Source of the DNA: Gammaproteobacteria bacterium
Lineage (GTDB): Bacteria; Pseudomonadota; Gammaproteobacteria; GCA-002705445; GCA-002716945
NCBI GenBank assembly: GCA_038142325.1
Contig: JAYQJW010000002.1
Location: 352,001 to 416,000, forward strand
DNA: 64,000 nucleotides
Reading direction: 5' to 3'
In this document: piece by piece, positions 41,488-51,873 of the stretch
Layout of the letters: every line of letters begins with the position of its first letter
How positions within the stretch are numbered: position 1 is the first letter of the stretch
Made by a program: the position numbers and the translations under genes
Notes under the pieces: generated by a model
Database searches by the model: none
What the model saw: the letters and a program-made list of their open reading frames with translations, nothing else
Told to the model about the DNA's origin: nothing

Positions 41488-43039
41488 ATGAAAACTTTAA
41501 AAAATGATTGGAAGCTAGGAGCTGCAGTCGGGACAGCGCTGTCTCTAGGCTCTGCTGGCGCAATCGCAGGACCACACGGGTTCGATCTTCATAACGTATT
41601 GCATGGTGCATCAGCTTCTATGGCTGGTACATCTATTGCTCATGTTGAAGATCCAGTATCTGCTGTGTTTGGTAACCCTGCAACATTAACAACATATTAT
41701 GGTGGTACTAACTTTATGTTTGGTGCTACTTTCTATATGCCACGTGCAACAATGAAACATGATGGATCAGCTGGTTACGCTGTGTTGGTGAATTAACTCA
41801 GCTGGTCTTGATACATTGGTTACAAACAGATGGTTCAAACAAACTGGTGATGCAGCTGGTTCAGACTATTCTTTTGATTCTACATCAAAAGCTGATGTTT
41901 ATGCTGTACCCAAAGTAGCTGTAACTCAAGACTTATCTGGTCTTGGTATACCAGTTGTACTTGGTGTTGGTGTATCTGCAACATCAGGTATTGGTGTTGA
42001 TTACAAGCACACATCTAATTCACTTAGGTGCAGCTGCTGAACTTATTAACTTAGGTGTTAACGCAGGTATAGGTATGAAAATGTCTGACACATTAGACGT
42101 TGGTGTATCTATGACAATTACTTACGCTATGTTAGAAGCTGGTCTTACAGGTTCTGGTGGTATGACTCATGACATTGGATTTAGAGGTACTATTGGTGCT
42201 CGTAAAAAATGGGTCCTGATAAAATGACAGTTGGTATGTACTATCAAACAGAACAAGAGCATCAATATGATAATATTCATGTAACAAGTATGGATGGTAC
42301 AAAGCTACAATTTACATCTCAAACCAGATGGCTGGTAGCTATCTGTTACATCTGGTGTAATCAACAGGCAAATGTAATGGTGATAACTGGACTGGTGTAT
42401 GTAGACAAGACGTTGAGGTTCAACAACCTTGGAATGTAGGTATTGGTGTATCTATGGATATGGGTAATAACTTACTTGTTATGGGTGATGTTACACACAA
42501 AAATGGTCAGATGCTAAATTCTTTAATGAATTTTATGATGATCAAAAGTAATATCTAGTTAGGTGTACAAAAAACTATGGGTAACTTAAAACTTACGTGC
42601 TGGTTATGGTTATGCTGATGATCCTCTACTAATCACAAGTTAAAGTTGGTCAAGAAATTAGCAACTATTGGTGGTGTAAACTCTAAATGGTGCTGCATAT
42701 ACATCACCAATGTATGGTCTATTTATGTCATATTTCCAAGCTATGGAAACACCTGTAATCTACAAGCACAGAATTGCTGTAGGTCTTGGTGTTGAGAACT
42801 TCTTAGGAGTTCCTTTCTTAAGTCTTGATACACATGCTGCTGTGCAGCTTGAAGAAGATAAATGTTTTGGATCTGGTCAAGCAGGGTCAATCATATCGAT
42901 GGTTATAACAACAATGCTAGCTATTGGTACAGCATCAGGCTGCTGGTTTAGCAACTCAGATGGTTGTACAGCAGCTGATCATACAAAAGCAACAGTTTCA
43001 TCATTCCACTTAGGTGGTGCTTTAACTTGGAGCTTCTAA
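41488..43039 (+). CDS. FadL/TodX-family outer-membrane channel for hydrophobic substrates, broken by multiple frameshifts
   Basis: Signal peptide, then ASMAGTSIAHVEDPVSAVFGNPATL (FadL N-terminal motif); alternating beta-strand patterns across five ORF fragments; C-terminal LTWSF (terminal Phe). Confidence 0.78.
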
Positions 43040-43086
43040 GTTAAATGATGATTACGTATTACAATGATGTAATACAAAAAAGAATT

Positions 43087-43112
43087 GAAGAGGAGATTTA
43101 TTTCTCCTCTTC
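43087..43112 (+). terminator. Hairpin between the fadL-like gene and mtoX
   Basis: GAAGAGGAGA-TTTATT-TCTCCTCTTC perfect 10-bp stem; weak U-tract. Confidence 0.55.
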
Positions 43113-43149
43113 GATGTTTAATATTAAACAATAAAGGAGCGCGCAAATA

Positions 43150-44511
43150 ATGAAAAAACTTATATCAACTTTATATGGTATGTTGATGTCAGCTTTTCTT
43201 GCAGTAGCACTTGTACCAACACAAGCATTCTCTGATGAGACATGCATGTCACCATACATGGCTAAAATCGTAGGCCAAGAGGACTATGTTTATGTATGGA
43301 CTTTAGGTCAAGTGGGCGTTGGGGATGAACAAGATAAATTGGTTACAATATCAGTTAATCCAAACTCTCCATACTACGGACAAGTAATTGGACACGTTTC
43401 TGTCGGTGGACGTAATGAAGCTCATCATTCTGGATTTACAGATGATAGACATTACCTATGGGCAGCAACACTAGATACCAGTAAAATTTTCATATTTGAT
43501 GTTCATACAAACCCAAATAAACCTAAACTTCATAAAGTTATAACAGACTTTGTTAAAGCTTCAGGTGGGATTGTTGGACCACATACAACATATGCGTTAC
43601 CAGGAAGAATGATGATTTCTGGTCTTTCTAACAACCAAGACTTTGGTGGAAGAACTGCACTTGTTGAATATACAAATGATGGTACATATGTAGCTACATA
43701 TCACATGCCACATGATGAAAATTTATATGGTGCTGTCAAAACAGGTCAAATAGCAGACGGTTATGGATATGATATTCGTGCATTACCAAGACGTAATGTC
43801 ATGATTACATCTTCATTCACTGGTTGGAATAATTACATGATGAACTTAGGTAAACTCATGGGTGATTCTGAAGCTATGAAACGTTTTGGTAACACAGTAG
43901 TAGTTTGGGATTTACATTCACGTAAACCTAAAAAAGTATTTGATGTTCCAGGTGCACCACTAGAAATTAGATGTGCATGGGGTTCACAAAACAACTATTG
44001 CTTCACCACAACTGCATTAACCTCACAAATTTGGTTAATTTATGAAAAAGATGGTGAATGGAATACACAATCTGTAGCGACAATTGGCGATCCTGCTAAA
44101 ATTCCGCTACCTGTAGACATCTCAATTACTGCAGATGACAAACATCTATGGGTAAATACATGGAATGATGGTATGACAAGAGTATTTGATATCTCTGATC
44201 CATTTAATGCTAAAGAAGTGTATACACACAAAATTGGTGACCAAGTAAATATGCTATCTCAAAGCTGGGATGGTAAACGTGTTTACTTCACATCATCACT
44301 ATTAGCAAACTGGGATAAAGCTGATGGCCCAGAAAAAATGCCGCAATTCTTTAAAGGATATCACTATAAAGATGGTAAATTAGATCTTCAATTTACAATT
44401 GATTTCCTTAAAGAAAAACTAGGCTTACCACATCAAATGAGATTTGGTGCATATTCTTTATATGCTAAATCTCCTAAAGATGGAGCTAAAGTAGCAGAAC
44501 TTTCTAAGTAA
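43150..44511 (+). CDS. mtoX: Methanethiol oxidase (periplasmic SELENBP1/SBP56 family, Cu/TTQ)
   Basis: Signal peptide then DETCMSPY, YVWTLG, GRNEAHH, VGPHT, DGYGYD, SSFTGWNNYM (TTQ Trp), PGAPLEIR, PLPVDIS and SLLANWDK (second TTQ Trp); followed by SCO/MauG as in characterised mtoX loci. Confidence 0.95.
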   Translation: MKKLISTLYGMLMSAFLAVALVPTQAFSDETCMSPYMAKIVGQEDYVYVWTLGQVGVGDEQDKLVTISVNPNSPYYGQVIGHVSVGGRNEAHHSGFTDDRHYLWAATLDTSKIFIFDVHTNPNKPKLHKVITDFVKASGGIVGPHTTYALPGRMMISGLSNNQDFGGRTALVEYTNDGTYVATYHMPHDENLYGAVKTGQIADGYGYDIRALPRRNVMITSSFTGWNNYMMNLGKLMGDSEAMKRFGNTVVVWDLHSRKPKKVFDVPGAPLEIRCAWGSQNNYCFTTTALTSQIWLIYEKDGEWNTQSVATIGDPAKIPLPVDISITADDKHLWVNTWNDGMTRVFDISDPFNAKEVYTHKIGDQVNMLSQSWDGKRVYFTSSLLANWDKADGPEKMPQFFKGYHYKDGKLDLQFTIDFLKEKLGLPHQMRFGAYSLYAKSPKDGAKVAELSK

Positions 44512-44573
44512 AGTTCTGTCTAAGTTATTAGACACCTCATTGGTGGTTAATAACGTGAAATGGCTGAACGTTG

Positions 44574-44609
44574 AGGCCGCTTAAAGTTACTTTGAGCGGC
44601 CTTTTACTT
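44574..44609 (+). terminator. Rho-independent terminator after mtoX
   Basis: AGGCCGCTTAAAG-TTAC-TTTGAGCGGCCT followed by TTTACTT. Confidence 0.75.
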
Positions 44610-44687
44610 ATAAAAATAAAGGTTGTTTGCTCCTTAAAATAATCTACAATATTAGAATATTAGAGAATATTAAGGATATTAAGAGAG

Positions 44688-46673
44688 ATGTTAAGGAGAA
44701 TTTTACTTTTACTAGTAATGCCACTTGCAGTATCTGCACAAGAGGTAACATATGATAATTCTGTTTTAGCTCCTGGTTGGACAAGCCTTACTTTTACACC
44801 GCCTTCACCATCATCGTATACATTGGCAAGTTTTTCACCTGCTAAAAATGGAGATGTTATAAATCAACTAGAAGAAAAAATATCATTACATGACTTATAT
44901 GATGGCAAAGTTACACTCCTCAATTTTATGTATACAACTTGTACTGATATTAATGGCTGTCCGCTTGCTACAGCAGTATTTCACAAGATTCAGCAAAAAC
45001 TCTCAAAGCAACCAGAAATTGCTAAAAATGTAAGATTACTCAGTTAAAGATTTGATCCTAAAAACGATACACCTGAAATAATGAAACTTTATGGTGCAGG
45101 CACCGAAAAACATCTAGTTGATTGGCAGTTCATTACAACAAAAAATGCAGATGTACTCGATCCTATTTTGGACGGGTATCAACAAAGAATTATTAAAGAG
45201 TATGACGATCAAGGCAATTATATTGGATCCATATCACATATACTTCGCGTGTTTCTAATAGATGAGGAAAAGCAAGTTAGAAATATATATAGTGTCTCGT
45301 TTCTTCATGCAGATTTAATTATCAATGATATTAAAACACTTCTAGATCCGAATACAAAAAATGGAACTCTTGTTGCAGCTGCTGATACAAGTTCAAAACT
45401 AGATGCAGTTAAGTCTCAAACATCTAAGTTATCAAAACCTGGTGATAATAAAGATGGTTATTATGACACTGATTATGAAAGTGCCAGCAAAAGCTTGCAT
45501 CGAGCTGGAAAACCAGCTGATTTATACACTATGGCAACAACAAAGCAGCTTGGTTTGCCTAAACCTAAGTTTCCTGAGGGAACCGAATTAACACCTAAGA
45601 AAATTGAACTAGGGCGTAAATTATTCTTTGATAGAAGGCTATCACACACGGACACAATTTCATGCGCAATATGCCACGTACCTGAGATGGGCTTTGCTCA
45701 TAACGAACTAGCGACAGCAGTTGGAACAGAAGGTAGATCTGTCCCTAGAAATGCACCAACAGTTGTAAATGCCGGATTTTTGTCAAGATTTTTCCATGAT
45801 GCAAGAGAAAATTCACTTGAAGACCAAGTCTGGGGACCTTTACTTGCTCACAATGAAATGGCTAATCCATCACCAGGTTATTTGTTAAATAAAATTAAAG
45901 CTATACCAGACTATGATGGCCTTTTTGAAGATGCTTATGGAGTAGGTCCAAATATGGATTCTCTAAGTAGAGCGTTAGCAGCATATCAATATGCTCTGGT
46001 TAGTGGAAATTCACCATTTGATAAATGGTATTATGGAGGTGAATCTAGAGCTATTTCTAAGTCTGCAAAAAGAGGGTTTGAAATATTTAAAGGAAAGGGT
46101 AACTGTGTTGCATGTCATCTAGTCAATGATGAATATGCTCTATTTACTGATGAAAAACTTCATAACACAGGTATTGGTTTTAAATCATCAATGTATGTAG
46201 AACCACCAAGGAAAAAAGTTGTTCTAGCTCCTGGAGTTGAAGTTGATGTCGATACTTCTGTATATGCAAATGATTCAAGATTTAAAGATGAAATTAAACC
46301 TAATGATTTAGGACTTTATCTTATTACTCAAGATCCAAATGACCGTTGGAAAATTAGAACACCGCAGCTTAGAAATGTAGAACTATCAGGCCCGTATATG
46401 CATAACGGACAATTATCTACTCTCAAAGAGGTTGTTGAATTTTATAACCAAGGTGGCGTTACAGAGGTTGGAAGAATGAAAAATGAGACTATTAGTCCAC
46501 TAATATTCCCTCTAAATCTCTCTGAGCGAGAAGTAGATGATGTTGTAGAATTTCTAAAAACTTTAACTGGGTCTAATATGGACACATTAGTTCTTGATGC
46601 ATTTGCTGCACCTGTTGGAGACGTATCTCTTAAAGATCCTAACTGGTTCCATGACAATAAACTTAAGTATTAA
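44688..46673 (+). CDS. SCO1/SenC-MauG (di-heme c peroxidase) fusion, MtoX maturation protein; frameshift ~45045
   Basis: Signal peptide; SCO part YTTCTDINGCP.../FDPKNDTPE...ISH; MauG part LGRKLFFD.RLS, CAICH, RNAPT, CVACH and TPQLRNV...PYMHNG. Confidence 0.88.
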
Positions 46674-46674
46674 T

Positions 46675-47232
46675 ATGAAGTCAAAACTTCTATGTAGTGC
46701 CTTTATATTGGCGCTTTCAATAGTCCATTCTACTCATGCAAATGATATGCTAATGGATCCTATGCCTGCGGCGAAACCTGCACCTGATTTTAATTTGATA
46801 GGGATGGATGGAAAAACTCATTCACTTGAAGATTTAAAAGGTAAATTCGTGCTAGTTAACTTTTGGGCTACATGGTGCAATCCCTGTAAAGTAGATATGC
46901 CTCTTTTGGAAAAACTACATCAAACACTTAAAAGCGATAAGTTTACTGTCTTAGGTCTTCATGTAGGTCCTGGTCCTGAAAATATTGAAGAATTTAAAAA
47001 GCTTATGCCAATCACTTTTCCTATATATGTTGACATGGATCTTGAGGTTAACTGGGGTGTTCCAGGATTACCCACAACATTTCTATTAAACCCTGAAGGA
47101 AAACTAATCTATAGAGCTGTAGGTAAGAGAGAGTTTGCATCTGATCAAATGATTAATTTCTTATCTAGTCAGATTGAAAATTATGATTTTGCGCAGTCAG
47201 AATCTAGTGATTCAATCTCATACAACAAATAA
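46675..47232 (+). CDS. TlpA-family thiol:disulfide oxidoreductase
   Basis: Signal peptide, APDF, VLVNFWATWCNPCKVDMP and GLPTTFL motifs. Confidence 0.9.
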   Translation: MKSKLLCSAFILALSIVHSTHANDMLMDPMPAAKPAPDFNLIGMDGKTHSLEDLKGKFVLVNFWATWCNPCKVDMPLLEKLHQTLKSDKFTVLGLHVGPGPENIEEFKKLMPITFPIYVDMDLEVNWGVPGLPTTFLLNPEGKLIYRAVGKREFASDQMINFLSSQIENYDFAQSESSDSISYNK

Positions 47233-48009
47233 CTCTATCAATTCTTTTTTTGACTTAGTTCCAAAATACCTTTGAGGATTTTTAGAGGAGATAATATTCT
47301 TATTGAGAATTTTATTGATATTGAGTCGATAGAAATTAAAAAAAGTCAGATCTGTTTTATTTGCCTTTATATAGTTCTTACAAATAGACCTGTCTCTAGT
47401 AATAATAGTTGCCCTTCTTGCTTTTTTACAAAAATTCTTACCTATCCTACCTAGAATGGTTATAGATCCAGATATCATTTCAAGACAAGAATCATCTCCT
47501 AAACTTCCACCGATTATAACATTACCTCGGCGCATTCTTATTATTGAGCTTGAGCCTACATTTTTTTGTACGTATATAAAACCATCAACCAATCCTTGAT
47601 TTTGACTTGTCGGCATAGAGCATAGACCATTTCCAACACTACCATAAACTGAGACTGAACCACCTCTCATTCCTGAGCAGGCATTATCACCAGCGTTACC
47701 TTTTAATATAATCTCTCCACTATCCATATTTTTTGCAAGACCAAATCCAACATTTCCCTCAATCAAAATCTTTTTATTTTTAAGATTATGACCAATATTA
47801 TCAAGTCGGTCATTTGAATTTGTAATTTTAATTTCGTTGTGATCATTGCCTGATACAATAAATAGTTCGGATACTTTGCATAATTTATTGCCATAATTGA
47901 TTTTGATATTTTTAAGTTTCGTTACATCATCAGATTTGATATTACTAAGCCAGCTCATATCAAGACGATGTTTACTATTTATTTTAAATTTTAAACTTAG
48001 AGCGCTCAT
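47218..48009 (-). CDS. fhcC: Formyltransferase/hydrolase complex subunit C
   Basis: GXGXG beta-helix repeats (GNVG, GNAG, GMRGG, MRRG); position in fhcBADC. Confidence 0.9.
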   Translation of the reverse strand: MSALSLKFKINSKHRLDMSWLSNIKSDDVTKLKNIKINYGNKLCKVSELFIVSGNDHNEIKITNSNDRLDNIGHNLKNKKILIEGNVGFGLAKNMDSGEIILKGNAGDNACSGMRGGSVSVYGSVGNGLCSMPTSQNQGLVDGFIYVQKNVGSSSIIRMRRGNVIIGGSLGDDSCLEMISGSITILGRIGKNFCKKARRATIITRDRSICKNYIKANKTDLTFFNFYRLNINKILNKNIISSKNPQRYFGTKSKKELIELFVV

Positions 48010-48902
48010 TTGAGTATTTTTCTTAGATGAAAGTGATGCTGTCCTAGCTTACCACCATAATTTCCTGCAGAGACAGATACTATGTCTTTACTATATTTGG
48101 ACTTGGATATCGCTATTAAAGATTCTTTTATGCCTTTATTAATATCATCAGCAGATAAACCATTAATAACAATCTCCATTACACAATTCACATTTTTATT
48201 CAATTTACTTCCTGTAATTCCACTTAGAGATGGGCAAAAGGCATCATTAGTAGATGCTATCAATGCTTTATACTTTGAGCCAACTTTGGAGCCTGAACGA
48301 ACGACGCCACCTGGAAATGGTGTAATTATATTTTCTATTTTACTCATTACATCAACAGCTACCTCACATGCTGCTTAACACGAGCTTCTATTTTTTGACA
48401 GCAATAAAAAGTTTCCACCACCTATTGCTGGTACACGCCCAGTCATCTCTTCACACATGAATTCTCCATCCATTACGGGAATCCTCCAGAATCTTTTACC
48501 CTGAATCTTTTTTGAAATTTGGTAACCATCGCCAAAATATTTAAGGTTTTTTCCAAGAGGTATCATATCCTCGCTTTCAAGCCCAGAAAATAGAGCAGTC
48601 GTTGGACATGTTAAAATACATTGGCCAGCTCTTGTTTCTATTTGTTTTTCTAATTGACTACGCGACATTGAAAAAGCAAGTATTGAATACCCTGGTCTGC
48701 CGTCAGGCGTTTCGTTTTTACCTAGTTTTTTTTCTATTCCAGCTTCAATACCACATGCAATTACAGATGTAGCAAAACCTGTAAATGATAAAGCTGCATT
48801 TTTTGCCCACTTCTCATTGTCTGCAGTAACAATTACTCTACTGGCTTTCATATTGAAAGCTTCAGCAAATGTGTTTTCTATTAACATGCCATTTATTTTC
48901 AT
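48006..48902 (-). CDS. fhcD: Formylmethanofuran:H4MPT formyltransferase (frameshift ~48375)
   Basis: ENTFAEAF, GFATSVIAC, TPDGRPG, GQCILTCPTT, WRIPVMDGEF, PFPGGVVRSGSKVGS and SAGNYGGKLG. Confidence 0.95.
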
Positions 48903-50554
48903 GAAATTCTCTTTCTAGAACAATCAATTATATTTACATCTGAGCCAATAATTTCAGACATCTCATCATTACTAATCATATAATTTGATAATCCAATAGT
49001 ATGATACTTATCAAAATATTTTTTCAATTTCTTTTCAAAAGATAAATCATATTCAGGCCTTACAACTTGAGTTTTCCCCCAAACATAATCTTTAATTACA
49101 CCATTTTTTACTACAACATTACCATCTTTAATTACATGAGTGGGTTTTGCGAACATTTCCTCAACATCTTTAATGGTGCTGTCATAGACAGTTATATCTG
49201 CATCGGAATTAATGCTTAAAGAACCTTTATTTGTTAGCCCCAATATTTTAGCCGGTGCAGATCTGGTCATTGTCGCTATTTCTGATAATGTGTACTCTCT
49301 TTTTATGTCTTTGAGAATTGTGTGTTCTGAAATATCAATAGACATCTGATCGAGCAAATCATCTCTAAACGTTTTATCCATTAAGAGTTTTATTAGATGT
49401 GGGTATGAGGTAAATGGAGCTCCATTAGGATGATCTGTAGTAAGAAATATTTTTTCAGGATCTTCGGTTAATAGAAAAGTTTCTAAACCTATAGCCCACT
49501 GTAACGCATTCACAAAACTTTGATCCGTATATTTAAATGGAACTACTCCACATCCAGCTTCGCATTCTATGTCCATGCATAACCATTTATCTGGATGAGC
49601 ATGACTATGATTAGCATGTTGTTTCATACTATCACCTGACATAGTAGCTGTTTGTCCAAACAAGACTTGACCGACATCACATGTAAGATTAGGAATTTTG
49701 TTTACATATTCTGTTATTTCTGCTGATGCGGATGAGAAGTTTCTATCTCCATTATTACCATAGCTATGAAATTGAATATGCGTTATATGCACTGGAAGAC
49801 CTTCAGCTGCTTTGATGGTTTCAATTGTAGACTTAAAGTTGCCAGGTACACCTAAGTTACTACAGTGAACATGTAAAGGGTGGGGCACACCTAATTCATA
49901 AACAGCTCTAGCTAAAATACGCACAATCTTTCTAGGGGTTATTTTATATCTTATCGAATTCTCATCTACATTTAATGCTCTTTGATTAAACTTAAATGCA
50001 TTAATGCCGCCAGGATTAACTACCTTGATGCCTATGCATTGTGTTGCTTTAAGTATAAATGCTACATAGTCATTAATCTCGGATTGATGTGCTCCTCTAG
50101 ATATCAAATCAAGAAGGAAATCATCATTGCCTACAAGAGCATATCCTCCTTTATCTATAAATGGAGTATCAGCCATCTCAGCGTGTGATTGTCTGGCGTT
50201 GATAGGTAAGACAGCTGGTTCAAAACATGAAGTATAGCCCATCTTTATATATTCAAGACCTGTTTTCAGTGTGCTTGGAACAAAGTCAGCTGTCAAATCA
50301 AAGTCATTATCATAATTATTGTGAAATTCTTGCAACATTAATCTTGCAATATTGACCTTACCACCACCGATATGAGTATGTAAGTCGATAGCCCCTGGCA
50401 TAACAATTCTATCAGTACAATCGATTATCTCTGGCTTTTTTGAACTTAGTGATTTTACAACTTTACCATCTTCAATATAAATATCCTTTTTCTTATTAAA
50501 GACTCGATTACAAGGATCAAATACTTTACCGTTTTTTAAATGTAGACTAGTCAT
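48899..50554 (-). CDS. fhcA: Formyltransferase/hydrolase complex subunit A (amidohydrolase)
   Basis: PGAIDLHTHIGGGK, KVVNPGG, HPLHVHCSNLG, HIQFHSYG, QWAIGLE and TTDHPNG motifs. Confidence 0.95.
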   Translation of the reverse strand: MTSLHLKNGKVFDPCNRVFNKKKDIYIEDGKVVKSLSSKKPEIIDCTDRIVMPGAIDLHTHIGGGKVNIARLMLQEFHNNYDNDFDLTADFVPSTLKTGLEYIKMGYTSCFEPAVLPINARQSHAEMADTPFIDKGGYALVGNDDFLLDLISRGAHQSEINDYVAFILKATQCIGIKVVNPGGINAFKFNQRALNVDENSIRYKITPRKIVRILARAVYELGVPHPLHVHCSNLGVPGNFKSTIETIKAAEGLPVHITHIQFHSYGNNGDRNFSSASAEITEYVNKIPNLTCDVGQVLFGQTATMSGDSMKQHANHSHAHPDKWLCMDIECEAGCGVVPFKYTDQSFVNALQWAIGLETFLLTEDPEKIFLTTDHPNGAPFTSYPHLIKLLMDKTFRDDLLDQMSIDISEHTILKDIKREYTLSEIATMTRSAPAKILGLTNKGSLSINSDADITVYDSTIKDVEEMFAKPTHVIKDGNVVVKNGVIKDYVWGKTQVVRPEYDLSFEKKLKKYFDKYHTIGLSNYMISNDEMSEIIGSDVNIIDCSRKRIS

Positions 50555-51801
50555 TAATGAATTATTTGCCTGAGAATTTCTTGCACGCTTTTATGAAATG
50601 GAATTCTGATTCTGGATAATGGCAAGCTAACAACATTGTCAGTTCTAAATATATGTCCTTTAGAATCTATTCCTGGCACACTGCTCGGGATAAAGACATC
50701 GGGCTCAATATTAAATTTTGTGGCTGGATGGCCAATAATTATATTTTTTTGTTTTTTGTCTAAAAATAACTTTTTGTCAGAAATAGCATTGATATGTATA
50801 ACAAGGTCACAACAATTCATATTAATGAGCTTATTAGCATTATTTGTATCTTTGTCATACTCAAAATAATTTCCAGTAAATTTTACCCTGGAAGGGAAAC
50901 CTGTTATCCACCCAAGTGTTTGCACATGACTTACATCACCGTCATTTCCAGCAAGAGACATGCAGCCCGCTCTTTTTGTTTCGTTGAGAGATGTAATAAA
51001 TTCTGAAATATCATAGATTATTTGATCACATTCTTTGTATTTCGTAAATTCAGAGGTTGACCACAACAAAGATAAGTATTTTGATTTATCTATGCTTTCA
51101 AGAAGTAGTTTAGATTTAAGATTTTTAACCTTAGGATGTTTTGATTTATCCTTCAAGCATTGAAGAAATGATGATGCCTCTTTGTTGTTAAAATCAATAA
51201 AGGTAATTCTCGTGTCTCTTAGATGGCAATTTTTCTTGTTAGTTTTTTCATTTCCAATAATAAATATTTTTTTATCTTTAGGATTTATACTAAAGCTATT
51301 TTTAGTCGCTAATACTTTTTCAATTAATCTTGGATAGCTTTGGAGTACATTATTTGAAAAAAGTAATACTACATCAGATTTATTTTTGATTTCTGTTAAG
51401 GAGGTAGCCATATATCCTCGTCTCTGATACAGAGCTACATTTTTTAAAAATTTGTCGCTATTTGAATGATCAACTATTCCATTGATTTTAGATGCAGTAC
51501 CCAATATCTCACGTGTGATATTCACATCAGAGCTATGATTAACAAGGATAGTTTCTTTTGAACTATTGATGAGTTTTTGACAATAAACATTCGCTTTATT
51601 GCCATCAACAGATTTTCCTAGAATTTTTGATTGAGATATTTTATTTTCTTTGAAATTAAACATTTTGTATTTATCCTCGCATACTTCAGGCAAGTCACTT
51701 TTTATAGATATTTTTCTGTCATTAATCTCTAGATTAATATCATCGCAATGAAGCGAGCAAAATGGGCAAACAATATTTTTATGACTAATGGAATCTGACA
51801 T
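50554..51801 (-). CDS. fhcB: Formyltransferase/hydrolase complex subunit B
   Basis: VCPFCSLHCDDI, GW.TGFP.R and PGID..G..FRTD.VVSLPL motifs. Confidence 0.88.
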   Translation of the reverse strand: MSDSISHKNIVCPFCSLHCDDINLEINDRKISIKSDLPEVCEDKYKMFNFKENKISQSKILGKSVDGNKANVYCQKLINSSKETILVNHSSDVNITREILGTASKINGIVDHSNSDKFLKNVALYQRRGYMATSLTEIKNKSDVVLLFSNNVLQSYPRLIEKVLATKNSFSINPKDKKIFIIGNEKTNKKNCHLRDTRITFIDFNNKEASSFLQCLKDKSKHPKVKNLKSKLLLESIDKSKYLSLLWSTSEFTKYKECDQIIYDISEFITSLNETKRAGCMSLAGNDGDVSHVQTLGWITGFPSRVKFTGNYFEYDKDTNNANKLINMNCCDLVIHINAISDKKLFLDKKQKNIIIGHPATKFNIEPDVFIPSSVPGIDSKGHIFRTDNVVSLPLSRIRIPFHKSVQEILRQIIH

Positions 51802-51873
51802 TTTTGGTATAAATTATTTTACATCAATAATAAATAACTTTACATGTATAAACATTAATATATCCTGTTTTTT

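Noticed and set aside
41488-43039. Diversity-generating retroelement target or invertible region
   Set aside because: No reverse transcriptase, template/variable repeat pair or recombinase was seen in the window
44648-44700. Imperfect AATATTA(G/A) direct repeats upstream of SCO-MauG as an operator
   Set aside because: Short and AT-rich in an AT-rich genome; cannot be distinguished from chance without comparative data
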